Below are positions 9,156 to 18,757 of a DNA stretch of 64,000 bases, piece after piece. The position numbers were made by a program, and so were the translations under genes. Source of the DNA: Chloroflexota bacterium (GTDB lineage Bacteria; Chloroflexota; Dehalococcoidia; Lucifugimonadales; Australimonadaceae); the NCBI GenBank assembly GCA_022561985.1, contig JADFQE010000002.1, positions 697-64,696 on the forward strand, in the 5' to 3' direction. Positions within the stretch are counted from its first letter, which is position 1. The number at the start of each line of letters is the position of its first letter. Under the pieces are notes generated by a model. It saw nothing but the letters and a program-made list of their open reading frames with translations. It had not been told where the DNA came from and did not search any database.

Positions 9156-9938
9156 CTAGACGGCGTCTAGGTCGTCGGGGAGGCCGATGTTGTTGGCGAC
9201 GAGCATGCGCAGGTAGTGGTTCCACGCGAAGGTGTCCCCGCCCTCGAGCTGCGCCCTCCAGCCCGTCCGCTCACGCGGCTTGCCGTCCCGGCGGCCGAAG
9301 CGCGCCATGTCCTGGTCCGAAAGCACCGGCGCCTCGCGGCCCGAGATCGCGATGTCCCACATGATCTGCGCCGTGCGGTCGAAGCGGATCGCCATCTGCG
9401 TGGCGAGCTCGACGGACGCGCCGGTGGCCGTGATGCCGTGGCCCTGCATCAGCAGCACGTCGCGGTCCCCGAGCGCCTTGAGCATGTCCGCGCCCAGCTC
9501 CTTGTTCGTCACCGTCACCGCGCGCGGGAAGACGGGGATGCCCGCGAGGATCATCGCGAGGCTCGACGGGTCGTAGGCGCCGAAGACCGGGCTGAACTCC
9601 AGGCGCGTCACGCCGCACATGAGCGCGTAGTACGGATGCGCGTGCACCACCGAGCCCACCTCCGGGTGCGCCCGGTAGATCTCGCCGTGGATCGTCGTCT
9701 CGCTGGGCGAGGCGTGCTCGCTCCCGACCCCCGGCCCCTTGCCGTCGAAGTCGGTCCGCCTGATGTTGTGGATCCCCGTGAACGTGTTCCCCGCCTCGTC
9801 CCCGCCCCGGCAGCGGATCCACATCTCGTCGGTACCGGGGATGCGGGCGCTCACATGCCCCGTGGACTCGCGCACCAAGCCGAGCATCCCGAGGATGCGG
9901 CAGGAAGTCGCGACCTTCATGCGCAGCTCATCAACCAT
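9156..9938 (-). CDS. Class II aldolase/adducin family protein
   Basis: 260 aa. It contains ..GLVRESTGHVSARIP.., HGEIYRAHPEVGSVVHAHPYY and LMQGHGITATG, which are signatures of the class II aldolase fold. Confidence 0.85.
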   Translation of the reverse strand: MVDELRMKVATSCRILGMLGLVRESTGHVSARIPGTDEMWIRCRGGDEAGNTFTGIHNIRRTDFDGKGPGVGSEHASPSETTIHGEIYRAHPEVGSVVHAHPYYALMCGVTRLEFSPVFGAYDPSSLAMILAGIPVFPRAVTVTNKELGADMLKALGDRDVLLMQGHGITATGASVELATQMAIRFDRTAQIMWDIAISGREAPVLSDQDMARFGRRDGKPRERTGWRAQLEGGDTFAWNHYLRMLVANNIGLPDDLDAV

Positions 9939-9954
9939 GGGGGGCCTCCTTGTT

Positions 9955-10200
9955 TGACTGTGACTATGCGCCTACGCTTCGCTCCGGCTCCGGACTGAAG
10001 CGGCACGCGCTGCTACGACTGCCGTGCTGGGCGTGTGCTCTCCAAAACTGTGCGCCTACGCTTCGCTCCGGCTCCGGACTGAAGCGGCACGCGCTGCTGC
10101 GACTGCCGTGCTGGGCGTGTCTTTGCGTTTGACTGTGCGCCTGCTCTTCGCTCTGGCTCCGGACTGAATCGGCACGCGCCACTGCGTTCGGCTCAGCGCC
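9955..10200 (+). repeat. Intergenic repeat family A, about three tandem units of ~84 bp
   Basis: The core CCGGACTGAAGCGGCACGCGCTGCT occurs at 9990 and 10074, with a degenerate copy at 10159. It lies between two minus-strand genes. Confidence 0.85.
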
Positions 10201-10210
10201 GGCCCTTTTC

Positions 10211-10234
10211 GTGGGTCAAGGGCAGTGCCCTTGC
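10211..10234 (-). terminator. Stop-adjacent hairpin element, copy 2 (GTGGGTCAAGGGCAGTGCCCTTGC on the plus strand)
   Basis: In gene orientation it follows the TAG stop of 10234..11406 directly. The stem is an inverted repeat, AAGGGCA/TGCCCTT. Confidence 0.5.
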
Positions 10235-11406
10235 TATGTCGTGGCCAGGTGGAAGAAATCGATGGCGTTGCCGGCCACCATCTGGTAGCGCTCCTCCTCG
10301 GGCACGCCCTCGAAATTCTTCTCGATGACACGCATCGAGTTCGGCCAGTCCGACTCCTGGTGTGGGAAGTCGGAGCCCCACAGGATGTGGTCCGTGCCGA
10401 GGTGGTGCCGCAGCTCGACGCCGATACGGTCGTACTGGAAGCCCCACAGGCAGTGCTCGCGGAGGATCTCGCTGGGCGGGCGGGCGAGCGGCACGAAGCC
10501 GAGCAGCTTCTCGGCCCAGATCACGTGCCGCTCGTAGCGCACGTCGGCCGACTGGTAGAAGAACGGTATCCAGCCGATCTGGTTCTCCGCGAACAGCACG
10601 CGGAGGCTGGGGAAGCGGTCGAACAACCCCGAGAGCACCATCTGGACGGCGGTGATGGAGCCGCTTCCGCGCGCGGGAGCGAACCGGCCCGTCTGCTCCA
10701 CGAGCTCCAGCCGGATGTCTTCGCGCGGAGTCGGGTAATCGAGCAGGAGCTTGCCGGCGCGCTCGCTGGCGCGGTCCATGTCCACGTGGACCGTCACCGG
10801 CATCTCCATGTCGATGGCGGCCGCCCAGAAGCGGTCGTCCTCCGGCTTCGGGCGCGCCGTGCCGTTCGGATAGCCCGTGAGCAGCACACCGCGCAGGCCG
10901 GTCTCGCGGCTGTGCTCCATCTCGGCGATCACGTCGTCGACGTTCGTCCACGGCATCACGCCCAAGCCCAGGAGCCGGTCGCGGTCGACGGCGCAGTACT
11001 CCTCGGCGAGCCAGTCGTTGTAGCCCCGAACGACTGCCTTGTAGGCATCGTCGTCGGGGATGTTGCGCCAGAACCGGGGGCCGGACACCTGGCCGGGGAA
11101 CAGGACCTCGGCGTCGACGCCGTCCTGGTCCTGCTCCTGGATGCGCTGCTCCCCCGGCCCCGTCCCGGCGGTCGCGTCGTAGGTCTGGCCGAAGGGCTCC
11201 CAGACGTCGCGCCCCTTGCCGCCGTAGAGGTCGGACGAGACCTCGCGTGGGCGCGAGCCCTCGATCACCCACGCGTCGGCGCCGTTCGGCAGCCGCTCGA
11301 CGCGCGGTGCGCGGTCGCGGTACTTCGCGTCCACGCGGTGCACCCAGCGCTTGGAGTCGACCTCCACGTGCGAGTCACCGGAGATGTATCGGTACGTGCG
11401 TGCCAT
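10234..11406 (-). CDS. Amidohydrolase-2 family protein (ACMSD/LigW-like metal-dependent hydrolase/decarboxylase), subtype A
   Basis: 390 aa. The N-terminus is YRYISGDSHVEV..KYRDRAPRVERLPNG. The C-terminal WGSDFPHQES is typical of the family. It is paralogous to 44629..45819. Confidence 0.8.
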   Translation of the reverse strand: MARTYRYISGDSHVEVDSKRWVHRVDAKYRDRAPRVERLPNGADAWVIEGSRPREVSSDLYGGKGRDVWEPFGQTYDATAGTGPGEQRIQEQDQDGVDAEVLFPGQVSGPRFWRNIPDDDAYKAVVRGYNDWLAEEYCAVDRDRLLGLGVMPWTNVDDVIAEMEHSRETGLRGVLLTGYPNGTARPKPEDDRFWAAAIDMEMPVTVHVDMDRASERAGKLLLDYPTPREDIRLELVEQTGRFAPARGSGSITAVQMVLSGLFDRFPSLRVLFAENQIGWIPFFYQSADVRYERHVIWAEKLLGFVPLARPPSEILREHCLWGFQYDRIGVELRHHLGTDHILWGSDFPHQESDWPNSMRVIEKNFEGVPEEERYQMVAGNAIDFFHLATT

Positions 11407-11414
11407 ATGCCCCC

Positions 11415-12614
11415 TCAGTCCACGGTTGGAGTCTGGTGATGGAGGAAGATCTCCTTGCGCTCGCGGCCCGACTCCTCGATCGCCAGGAGCACTTCGAGGG
11501 TCGCCAACCCCCAGCTGCCGTCGGCGGGCAGCGGCCGGTCGTGGGCGATGGCCTCGTAGTAGCTCTCGATGCGCCCGTCACGCCCGTCCTTGCCCTTCTC
11601 TCCCAGGGGTATCTCGTAGATCTTCTCGTCGCCGTACACGGTCAGGCCGTCCTCGCTGAGGCGGACGTCGCCCTGGTCGAAGCTCACGATCATCGGGCCG
11701 CCCATGATCCAGCCCATGGACGGGAAGCCAGCGCCCGACCCGCTGCCGCCGGGGCGCCCGCCCCCGTAGCGCTCGTCGCGCGCGGCGTTGGCCTCCCACT
11801 CCGCGTTCGGCGCCTCGCGCAGCTCCCGGCGCGCGGACGCGTGGTTCGCGCGGTCCGGCGAGACCCCGAGCGAGACCAGCTCACGCGAGTCGAAGTGGTC
11901 GTAGCCCGAATAGACCGCCGTGGCCAGCGCGCCGTCCTCGAAGTCGAGGAAGGCCGCGTGCGCGCCGGGCACGCGCCGGGCCGGGTCCCAGGTGTCGGCC
12001 GTGCCGCGCAGCGAGCGCACCATGCCTCCGGCGATGGTCCGGATGATGTCGAACTGATGGGGGCCCTGGCGCCAGAGGATGCCGCCGCCGACCTCCGGGG
12101 TCAGCTCCTCGGGCGTCCGCGGGCGGTAGAGCCAGTCCTGGAAGCGCCAGTGGTTGATCATGCGCAGGCGGCCAAGCTCGCCGTCGCGTGCCATCTGCCG
12201 CAGCCGCAGGACGCGCGGCTCGAAGCTGTGCTTCACGTTCACGCCCAGCAGCACGCCGTTGCGCTCCGCCGTGGCGATCATCTCCTGCGCGCCGGCGATG
12301 TCCACCGTCATCGGCTTCTCGATGAGCACGTGCTTCTTGGCATCGAGCGCCATCCGGGCGTGCTCGGTGTGGAACTTGGTGGGCGTCGCGATGTAGACCA
12401 GGTCCACGTCCTTGCACGCCACCAGCCCGGCCGCGTCGGTGAAGACCTCGGTTTCGGGATAGTCCTTGTGGAACCGGCCCAGGATCTCCTCGTCGATGTC
12501 GCCGGCCGCGGCCAGCTTGTAATGGGGGTTCTTGGCGAACTTCGGGATCATCGCGCCGGAGGCTCCTCCGAGACCGATGATGCCCACGCCAACCACGGTG
12601 TCCTTCGATGCCAT
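11415..12614 (-). CDS. Gfo/Idh/MocA family oxidoreductase (phthalate 4,5-cis-dihydrodiol dehydrogenase-like, ~400 aa type)
   Basis: Its N-terminal Rossmann segment is VGVGIIGLGGASG, followed by ..HVLIEKPM.. It is paralogous to 62322..63419. Only 8 nt separate it from the downstream amidohydrolase. Confidence 0.8.
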   Translation of the reverse strand: MASKDTVVGVGIIGLGGASGAMIPKFAKNPHYKLAAAGDIDEEILGRFHKDYPETEVFTDAAGLVACKDVDLVYIATPTKFHTEHARMALDAKKHVLIEKPMTVDIAGAQEMIATAERNGVLLGVNVKHSFEPRVLRLRQMARDGELGRLRMINHWRFQDWLYRPRTPEELTPEVGGGILWRQGPHQFDIIRTIAGGMVRSLRGTADTWDPARRVPGAHAAFLDFEDGALATAVYSGYDHFDSRELVSLGVSPDRANHASARRELREAPNAEWEANAARDERYGGGRPGGSGSGAGFPSMGWIMGGPMIVSFDQGDVRLSEDGLTVYGDEKIYEIPLGEKGKDGRDGRIESYYEAIAHDRPLPADGSWGLATLEVLLAIEESGRERKEIFLHHQTPTVD

Positions 12615-12695
12615 GGGGCTCTTCCTCCTGGGGATCTGTTGACGGCTGAGGGTCTGTTGACGGCCGGGCCATCATAGGTCGCGCGCAACCGAGCG

Positions 12696-12726
12696 GCAAG
12701 CAGGGCACAGCCCCGCACCTACTCGC
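12696..12726 (+). repeat. Hairpin element, copy 3 (degenerate) in a divergent intergenic region
   Basis: GCAAGCAGGGCACAGCCCCGCACCTACTCGC is followed by CAGCGCAG...GCGCTGGCCGGGACGC. This parallels the sequence 3' of the gene ending at 18747. Confidence 0.45.
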
Positions 12727-12781
12727 CAGCGCAGAACGCCGCTGACAGAGACACCGGCTGGGCGCTGGCCGGGACGCTATC

Positions 12782-13954
12782 ATGGCAACCACCAACCACC
12801 AACTCGCATCCAGGGAGCGGTCGATGAAGCGCAGCGAGCACGCGGTCCTCACCACCCACACCGGCAGCCTGCCGCGGTCCGAAGCCCTCCTCGGCCTGCT
12901 CGCCGAGCGCGAGGGCGGCCCGGAGCAGCGCGCCGCCTTCGACCAGGCCGCCGCCGGGGCCGTCGCGGACGCCGTGGACCGCCAGGCCGCGTTGGGCCTG
13001 GGCGTGGTCAGCGACGGCGAGCAGTCCAAGCCCAGCTACGCGACCTACGTGAAGGACCGGCTCTCCGGCTTCGACGGCACGACCCAGAGCCGCGACGGCC
13101 TCCCCTCGGACGTCGCCGATTTCCCGAGCTTCACCGCGGCCCGGAACAGCGACTCCGTGGAGCGCCCCACCTGCACCGGGCCCATCGCCTGGAGGGACTG
13201 GGACGCCGTGGGCCGCGACATCGAGAACCTCAGGGCCGCCGTGGAGCACGCCGACGTCCAGGAAGCCTTCATGACGGCCGCCTCGCCCGGCGTCATCACC
13301 CGGTTCCTGTCCAACGAGTACTACCCGACCCACGAGGCGTACCTCTACGCGCTGGCCGATGTGATGAAGGACGAGTACGAGGCCATCGCCGCAGCCGGCT
13401 TCATCGTCCAGGTCGACTGCCCAGACCTCGCCTCCGGCCGGAACACGGTCTTCGCGAGCCTCACGCCCGAAGAGTTCCGGGGCGTCGTGGCGCAGCACCT
13501 CGATGCGCTGGACCACGCGCTGGCAGATATCCCGCCGGAGCGCATCCGGATGCACCTGTGCTGGGGGAACCGCGAGGGGCCGCACCACAAGGACGTGCCG
13601 CTGGCCGAGATCATCGACCTGGTGCTGCTCGCCCGCCCGCAGGGCATCTCCTTCCCGGCGGCCAACCCCCGCCACGAGCACGAGTGGAAGGTCTGGGAGA
13701 GCGTGAAGCTGCCGGAGGGCAAGGTGCTGATCCCCGGCGTGATCGACACGACGACGAATTTCATCGAGCACCCGGAGCTCGTCGCGCAGCGCATCGAGCG
13801 CTACACGGGCGTGGTTGGCCGCGAGAACGTCATCGCGGGTACGGACTGCGGCCTGTCGACCTTCGCGGGAGGCTCGCGGGTGAATGGCGACATCGCGTGG
13901 GCGAAGCTCGGGGCGCTGGTGGAGGGCGCGGCCATCGCCAGCGCCCGCGCGTAG
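12782..13954 (+). CDS. Cobalamin-independent methionine synthase (MetE C-terminal domain)-like methyltransferase family protein
   Basis: It contains ..THTGSLPR.., a Zn-ligand-type RMHLCWGN and IAGTDCGLS. An alternative start is the ATG at 12824 (MKRSEHAV..). Confidence 0.75.
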   Translation: MATTNHQLASRERSMKRSEHAVLTTHTGSLPRSEALLGLLAEREGGPEQRAAFDQAAAGAVADAVDRQAALGLGVVSDGEQSKPSYATYVKDRLSGFDGTTQSRDGLPSDVADFPSFTAARNSDSVERPTCTGPIAWRDWDAVGRDIENLRAAVEHADVQEAFMTAASPGVITRFLSNEYYPTHEAYLYALADVMKDEYEAIAAAGFIVQVDCPDLASGRNTVFASLTPEEFRGVVAQHLDALDHALADIPPERIRMHLCWGNREGPHHKDVPLAEIIDLVLLARPQGISFPAANPRHEHEWKVWESVKLPEGKVLIPGVIDTTTNFIEHPELVAQRIERYTGVVGRENVIAGTDCGLSTFAGGSRVNGDIAWAKLGALVEGAAIASARA

Positions 13955-13960
13955 GGCCGC

Positions 13961-14689
13961 CTAGGGCACGTCCATGCGTTTGAGCCGCCGCACGGTGAGC
14001 AGCGTGAAGACGACGATGGTCAGGCCCGCAAGCGCGAGCGCCCAGCTCAGGTCGATGGCATTCTCCCCCAGGCTCGCGAAGGTCGTATCGTCCAGCCCGT
14101 GCAGGACGCCGACGGTGTAGCCCCGGACGCTCGCATAGCGGGCGCCGGGCAGGAACGAGTTCACGAGCGTCTCCCAGAGGAACACGTAGACCAGCGCGAA
14201 GCCGAGCGCGTGGGGGCTGAGCAGGCCGGCCCACGTGAAGATGGCCGCGTACGTCATGACCCCCACGAGGAGCGCAGCAGCGGCGGCGAGCACCGCGCGC
14301 GCACCGCCATCGCCGAGCGCGACCAGCACGATCACGACCGTGGCGCCCACGAGCAGCGGCGCGGCGATCATGGCCGATGCCATGAGCTTCGGGAGCACGA
14401 TCGAGAGCCGTGAGATGGGTTTGAGCACCAGCATGTTCAGCGTGCGGTCCTCGACCTCGTTCCCGAAGGCGGCCGTGCCCAGCGTCATGACGACGATGGG
14501 GAGGACGATGCCGATCATCGTGGCGTCGATGATGCCCCCGACGAAGCCGTCGGTGAAGTCCGCCTCCTGGGCCAGCAGTGCGTTGAGCAGGATGGCAAGG
14601 CCGACCGGCACCGCGGCCAGGAAGAACACGACCGCCAGGCGCCGCCGGCCCCCCAGCTGACGCAGCGTGAGCCTCAGCACGGCGCCCAT
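13961..14689 (-). CDS. ABC-2 type transporter permease (second permease of the operon)
   Basis: 242 aa from MGAVLRLTLRQLGG.., with about 6 hydrophobic helices. Its start overlaps the stop of the upstream ATPase (TGATG). Confidence 0.7.
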   Translation of the reverse strand: MGAVLRLTLRQLGGRRRLAVVFFLAAVPVGLAILLNALLAQEADFTDGFVGGIIDATMIGIVLPIVVMTLGTAAFGNEVEDRTLNMLVLKPISRLSIVLPKLMASAMIAAPLLVGATVVIVLVALGDGGARAVLAAAAALLVGVMTYAAIFTWAGLLSPHALGFALVYVFLWETLVNSFLPGARYASVRGYTVGVLHGLDDTTFASLGENAIDLSWALALAGLTIVVFTLLTVRRLKRMDVP

Positions 14690-15645
14690 CAGCGCTCCAC
14701 CACGTAGCTGAAGACGCTCTCGAGCGAGTCGTCCAGCGGCTCGACGCGGTACAGGCGGACCGAGAGATCGCGCGCCAGTGCCGCGACGGAGCGCTGGAGG
14801 TCCGCGACGTTGCTGCTCATCACGACCAGGGAGCCGTCCGTCTCGACCGCGACCGAGTCCACCGACGAGAGACGCACCAGCGCCGAGGCGAGCGCCCGCG
14901 GGTCGTCGGTCACGATCCGCAGGGTGAACGGCCGGTCGTCGAGCGCCTCGCGGATCGCGCGGTAGTCGCCGGAAGCGGCGAGCTTGCCGCTCACGATGAG
15001 CAGGATCGTGTCGGCCAGCTTCTCGACCTCTTCGAGGATGTGCGACGAGATGAGGATGGTCCGGCCCCGCTCGGCCATGGAGCGCATCAGGTCCTCGAAC
15101 TCGATCCGCTGGCGGGGGTCCGTGCCGTTCAGCGGCTCGTCGAGGATCAGCACCTCCGGGTCGTGGACCATCGCCGCGGCCAGCCGCATGCGCTGGCGCA
15201 TGCCGCGGGAGTAGGTGCCGAGGGGACGGTGCTGCGCGTCCTCCAGGTTCACGGTGCTGATGGCCCAGTCGGTGCTTGTGCGCACGTCCTCGACGCCCTG
15301 GAGCCGTGCCGCGAGCTCGACGAGCCCGCGCCCCGTCAGGAACTCGTAGACGGCCTCGTGCTCCGACATGACGCCGATGTGGCGGTAGAGCGAAGGGTTG
15401 GAGCGCGGGCGCTGTCCCAGGACGCGCACCTCGCCCTTTGACACCTTCGCGAGGCCCGCCATCATGTGGAGCAGCGTCGTCTTGCCGGCGCCGTTGGGGC
15501 CGAGCAGTCCGGTGATGCCGGGGCGTACCTGGAACGACACCTCGTTCACCGCGACGACGCTCCCGTACCACTTGGAGACCTCGTTGACCTCGATGGTCGC
15601 CCCCGAGACGGCTGCCCCCGAGACGGCTGCGTTGCCGGACGTCAT
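14689..15645 (-). CDS. ABC transporter ATP-binding protein (ABC-2/DrrA-type)
   Basis: 318 aa from MTSGNAAVSG.. It has Walker A (GPNGAGKTT), the signature YSRGMRQR and Walker B (LILDEP). An ATGA overlap joins it to the upstream permease. Confidence 0.85.
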   Translation of the reverse strand: MTSGNAAVSGAAVSGATIEVNEVSKWYGSVVAVNEVSFQVRPGITGLLGPNGAGKTTLLHMMAGLAKVSKGEVRVLGQRPRSNPSLYRHIGVMSEHEAVYEFLTGRGLVELAARLQGVEDVRTSTDWAISTVNLEDAQHRPLGTYSRGMRQRMRLAAAMVHDPEVLILDEPLNGTDPRQRIEFEDLMRSMAERGRTILISSHILEEVEKLADTILLIVSGKLAASGDYRAIREALDDRPFTLRIVTDDPRALASALVRLSSVDSVAVETDGSLVVMSSNVADLQRSVAALARDLSVRLYRVEPLDDSLESVFSYVVER

Positions 15646-16601
15646 ATGCGGATCCTCTGGTACCGCCACCACAACAAGGCGCCGGGGCCCGCGGTGAAGA
15701 GCAGGTACCAGCCGACGAGGAGCGCATCGGGGAGGTCGGCGGCCGCACGGGCGATCTCGGAGTCGTTCTCCCGGTCGAAGATCAGGTCGTTGACCCGGAG
15801 TGGGATCTCGCCGAGGGCGATCAGCGTGAACCACTTCGCGGCCTCCCCCGTGAGGGCTCCCTCCCCGCTCGGACGGCACTCCGTGTGGACGATCCGTCCA
15901 TCGACCTCGATCTCCTCGCACACGAAGTCCGGCGCCGTGAGCGCGGCAGCGGCCGCCGTGGACGTCAGGAACAGCCCGATGACGAAGGCCGCCGCGTAGG
16001 CCCGGCGGGTCGTGAACGCAGCTACCGCCAGCGGGATCACGGCGATGAACGCCGCGATCACCACGCCGGCGGCGAGGATGCGCAAGATCGTGCTCCAGCT
16101 ATCGCGGAGGTAGGTCAGCGGGTTGTCGGCCGAGAGCACCAGCCCGACCTGCAGCACGAGCTGCCCGGAGTAGACGATCGCCAGCACGATCGCGAAGAAG
16201 GCGAGGTAACGGCCCACCACGTAGTCGGTGGGCGTGAGCGGCCGCACGAGGTAGAGGTGGATGACGTTGTCGCGGCGGTCGGCGCACAGGAGCTCGGGGG
16301 CCATGATCGCCGAGAACAGCAGCAGGATCATGAAGACGACCTGGTAGTAGTCGGCGGGGCCGGGCAGGAAGCTGGCCAGGGGCTCGGCGAGCGACGCGAT
16401 GATGACGAGCACCAGGGCAGGGATCATCGCCGCGATGAAGAGGGCCGTCGGCAGTATCTTCGCCCGCGGGCCGCGCCCGAGGCCCAGCACCGTGCGCACG
16501 CCGTTCTCGAAGATGGCGCGCCGCGCCCGCGAGCGCCCCTCACGCGGGCCGTCGTAGTGCTGATATCCGAGGTCGAAGACCTCGCCCTGTGCTTCCGTCA
16601 C
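15642..16601 (-). CDS. ABC-2 type transporter permease-like membrane protein
   Basis: 319 aa with multiple TM helices. It sits between the two ATPases with 4-nt overlaps on both sides. Confidence 0.65.
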   Translation of the reverse strand: MTEAQGEVFDLGYQHYDGPREGRSRARRAIFENGVRTVLGLGRGPRAKILPTALFIAAMIPALVLVIIASLAEPLASFLPGPADYYQVVFMILLLFSAIMAPELLCADRRDNVIHLYLVRPLTPTDYVVGRYLAFFAIVLAIVYSGQLVLQVGLVLSADNPLTYLRDSWSTILRILAAGVVIAAFIAVIPLAVAAFTTRRAYAAAFVIGLFLTSTAAAAALTAPDFVCEEIEVDGRIVHTECRPSGEGALTGEAAKWFTLIALGEIPLRVNDLIFDRENDSEIARAAADLPDALLVGWYLLFTAGPGALLWWRYQRIRI

Positions 16602-17497
16602 TCCTCGCGCCTCCGGAACATCTCCGTGAGCGTGTGGCGGCGCGGGGTCAGCCGGCGCAAGCGGGCGCCCACATCGGCGACCGCGTCGCGGATCGCGTCG
16701 TAGTCGGCGTCGGTCGCGTTCTGGACGACGAGCTGCTGCGGCTCCTCGATGACCCGCACCCCGCGTCCGCTCAGCGCCCGCGCCACCCCCTCTCGGTCGT
16801 CGACCTCGATCAGCAGGTCCTCGGTCTCCTGCGTGAACTCCGAGAGCGCGCCCTCCTCGGAGACACGCCCATTTTCGAGCAGGATGACCCGGTCGGCCGT
16901 CCGCTCGATATCGCCCATCAGGTGCGTCGAGAGCAGCATGCTGATACCGAAGGAGTGCGCGGTGCGCCGGATCAGCTCCAGCATCTCCTCGCGCCCGCCG
17001 GGGTCGAGGCCCGCCGTCGGCTCGTCCAGCAGCACGAGCACCGGGTCGTGCACCAGCGACTGCGCGAGCTTGACGCGCTGCTTCATGCCCGTCGAGTACT
17101 CGCCGATCAGGCGGTAGCGCTCCTCGTCGAGGCCAACGTGCCGCAGGATGTCCGCTGCGCGGGTGCGCGCGTGGGCCGGCGGCAGGCCGCTGAGCTGCGC
17201 CATGTGCATGAGGAACTCGGACGCGTTCATGTTGGACGGCACGGTCTCGGTCTCGGGCATGTAGCCGAGCCGGGAGCGGCTCTCCACCGAGTCGTAGGGC
17301 CGCTTGCCCAGGACCTCGGCCGAGCCACTCGTGGGCCGGATCAACCCCAGGAACAGCTTGATGGCCGTGCTCTTCCCAGCGCCGTTGGGACCGAGCAGCC
17401 CGGTCACGCCCTCGTGCACCTCGAAGTTGACCGCGTCGAGGGCAATGGTCGAGCCGTAGTGCTTGGAGAGGTCGTGGGCTTCGATGAGCGGGGGCAT
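16598..17497 (-). CDS. ABC transporter ATP-binding protein (ABC-2/DrrA-type), first gene of the operon
   Basis: 299 aa. It has Walker A (GPNGAGKST), the signature YSTGMKQR and Walker B (LLDEP). Confidence 0.85.
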   Translation of the reverse strand: MPPLIEAHDLSKHYGSTIALDAVNFEVHEGVTGLLGPNGAGKSTAIKLFLGLIRPTSGSAEVLGKRPYDSVESRSRLGYMPETETVPSNMNASEFLMHMAQLSGLPPAHARTRAADILRHVGLDEERYRLIGEYSTGMKQRVKLAQSLVHDPVLVLLDEPTAGLDPGGREEMLELIRRTAHSFGISMLLSTHLMGDIERTADRVILLENGRVSEEGALSEFTQETEDLLIEVDDREGVARALSGRGVRVIEEPQQLVVQNATDADYDAIRDAVADVGARLRRLTPRRHTLTEMFRRREE

Positions 17498-17528
17498 CGC
17501 GCCGGGATTCTACACCGTGCCGCCGCGT

Positions 17529-18356
17529 CTACGAGCTAACGCTGGTCGCGGTCGCGGTCTGCCCGCCGTCCACCACGAGCGCGTGCCCCGTCACGAACGA
17601 CGATTCGTCCGATGCCAGGAACAGCACGGCGTAGGCGATCTCCTCGGGCCTGGCCATCCGGTGCATCGCCGGGACCGACTGCCCTGCGCGCGCCTTCTGC
17701 TCATCGGTGAGCAACCGCGGCCGCGGCGGGAGCTCCCGGATCCGCGGCGTGTCCGTCGGTCCGGGGCAGACGCAGTTGACGCGTATCTCGGGGCCGTAGT
17801 CGATCGCCATCGCGCGCGTCAGGTTCACGATCGCAGCCTTCGTGGCCGAGTACGCGGGATAGCGGGCCGAGGCGATGATGCCGTAGCTCGACGCGGTCGC
17901 GATGATGTTCCCGCGGCCGGCCTCCATGAAGTGGGGCAGGGCGGCCCGGACGCCGTGGTACACGCCGTGCAGGTTGGTATCTATGACGTGGTTCCACTCT
18001 TCGTCGGACAGCTCGTGGATGCGCTTCCGTATCCCCGTGCCCGCGTTCAGGAAGACGACGTGCAGGTCGCCGAAGCGCTCGAGCGCCATCGCGACCATCG
18101 CCTCGTTCGTCGAGCGCTCGGCCACGTCGCCCTTCACGAACACGGCCTGCCCGCCGTCGGCCTCGATCAGCCGGTCGACGCGCGGCTCTCCACTCTCCAG
18201 CCGGTCCACGCACACGACCTTGGCCCCTTCGCGCGCGAACAGCCGCGCGGTGGCCCGCCCGATACCGCTATCGGCGCCCGTCACCACGGCCACGCGCCCC
18301 TCAAGCCGCCCAAGCCCAGGCCCGATGCCGGGGTGCTCGTCGTTCGTCGATGTCAT
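17529..18356 (-). CDS. Short-chain dehydrogenase/reductase (SDR)
   Basis: 275 aa from MTSTNDEH.. It has TGADSGIG, NAG and the YSATKAA catalytic motif. The longer ORF to 18560 runs into the intergenic repeat. Confidence 0.85.
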   Translation of the reverse strand: MTSTNDEHPGIGPGLGRLEGRVAVVTGADSGIGRATARLFAREGAKVVCVDRLESGEPRVDRLIEADGGQAVFVKGDVAERSTNEAMVAMALERFGDLHVVFLNAGTGIRKRIHELSDEEWNHVIDTNLHGVYHGVRAALPHFMEAGRGNIIATASSYGIIASARYPAYSATKAAIVNLTRAMAIDYGPEIRVNCVCPGPTDTPRIRELPPRPRLLTDEQKARAGQSVPAMHRMARPEEIAYAVLFLASDESSFVTGHALVVDGGQTATATSVSS

Positions 18357-18382
18357 CGCGTCTCCTGAGCTGTGCGTGTCCA

Positions 18383-18668
18383 AAACTGTGCGCCTACGCT
18401 CCGCTCCGGCTCCGGACTGAAGCGGCACGCGCTGCTCCGGCCGTCCTGCGAGGCGCACGCTTGCCTGACTGTGCGCCTGCCCTCTCAATCCGCTCATCCT
18501 GAGCCTGTCGAAGGACGGCTCCGGACTGAAGCGGCACGCGCTGCTCCGGCCGTCCTGCAAGGCGCACGCTCGCCTGACTGTGCGCCTGCCCTCTCAATCC
18601 GCTCATCCTGAGCCTGTCGAAGGACGGCTCCGGACTGAAGCGGCACGCGCTGCTGCGGCCGCCATTCT
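18383..18668 (+). repeat. Intergenic repeat family A, about 2.6 tandem units of 109 bp
   Basis: The core CCGGACTGAAGCGGCACGCG occurs at 18412, 18521 and 18630. Units are nearly identical. The repeat produces the spurious peptides ..SFDRLRMSGLRGQAHSQ.. and ..SAHPEPVEGRLRTEAARAA.. Confidence 0.9.
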
Positions 18669-18730
18669 GGGCATGTGAGCGGTCCGGCCAGCGCGTAGCC
18701 ACGTCCGCTTTCGACCCACGCCCTGCGCTG

Positions 18731-18757
18731 GCGAGTGGGTCAAGGGCTATGCCCTTG
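18731..18757 (-). terminator. Stop-associated hairpin element, copy 4 (the stop codon lies in the loop)
   Basis: The plus strand reads GCGAGTGGGTCAAGGGCTATGCCCTTGCC. The CTA in the loop is the TAG stop of 18747..19772, and the left arm encodes the terminal ..ARA. Confidence 0.5.

Noticed and set aside
9950-10182. Small ORFs (9950..10132, 9964..10182, 18372..18611) and the N-terminal extensions of 17529..18560 and 18394..19419, which encode peptides such as SFDRLRMSG and AHPEPVEGR.
   Set aside because: They lie entirely within the tandem intergenic repeat family. The same peptides appear in several frames and orientations, and there is no RBS, so they are translation artefacts of the repeat.
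12635-12663. TTGACG boxes in the direct repeat TCTGTTGACGG x2, taken as promoters.
   Set aside because: No acceptable -10 hexamer lies at a 16-19 nt spacing from either copy. They are kept only as a direct-repeat observation.
18383-18668. A CRISPR array.
   Set aside because: The units are 84-109 bp and directly abutting, with no unique spacers. No cas genes are in the window.
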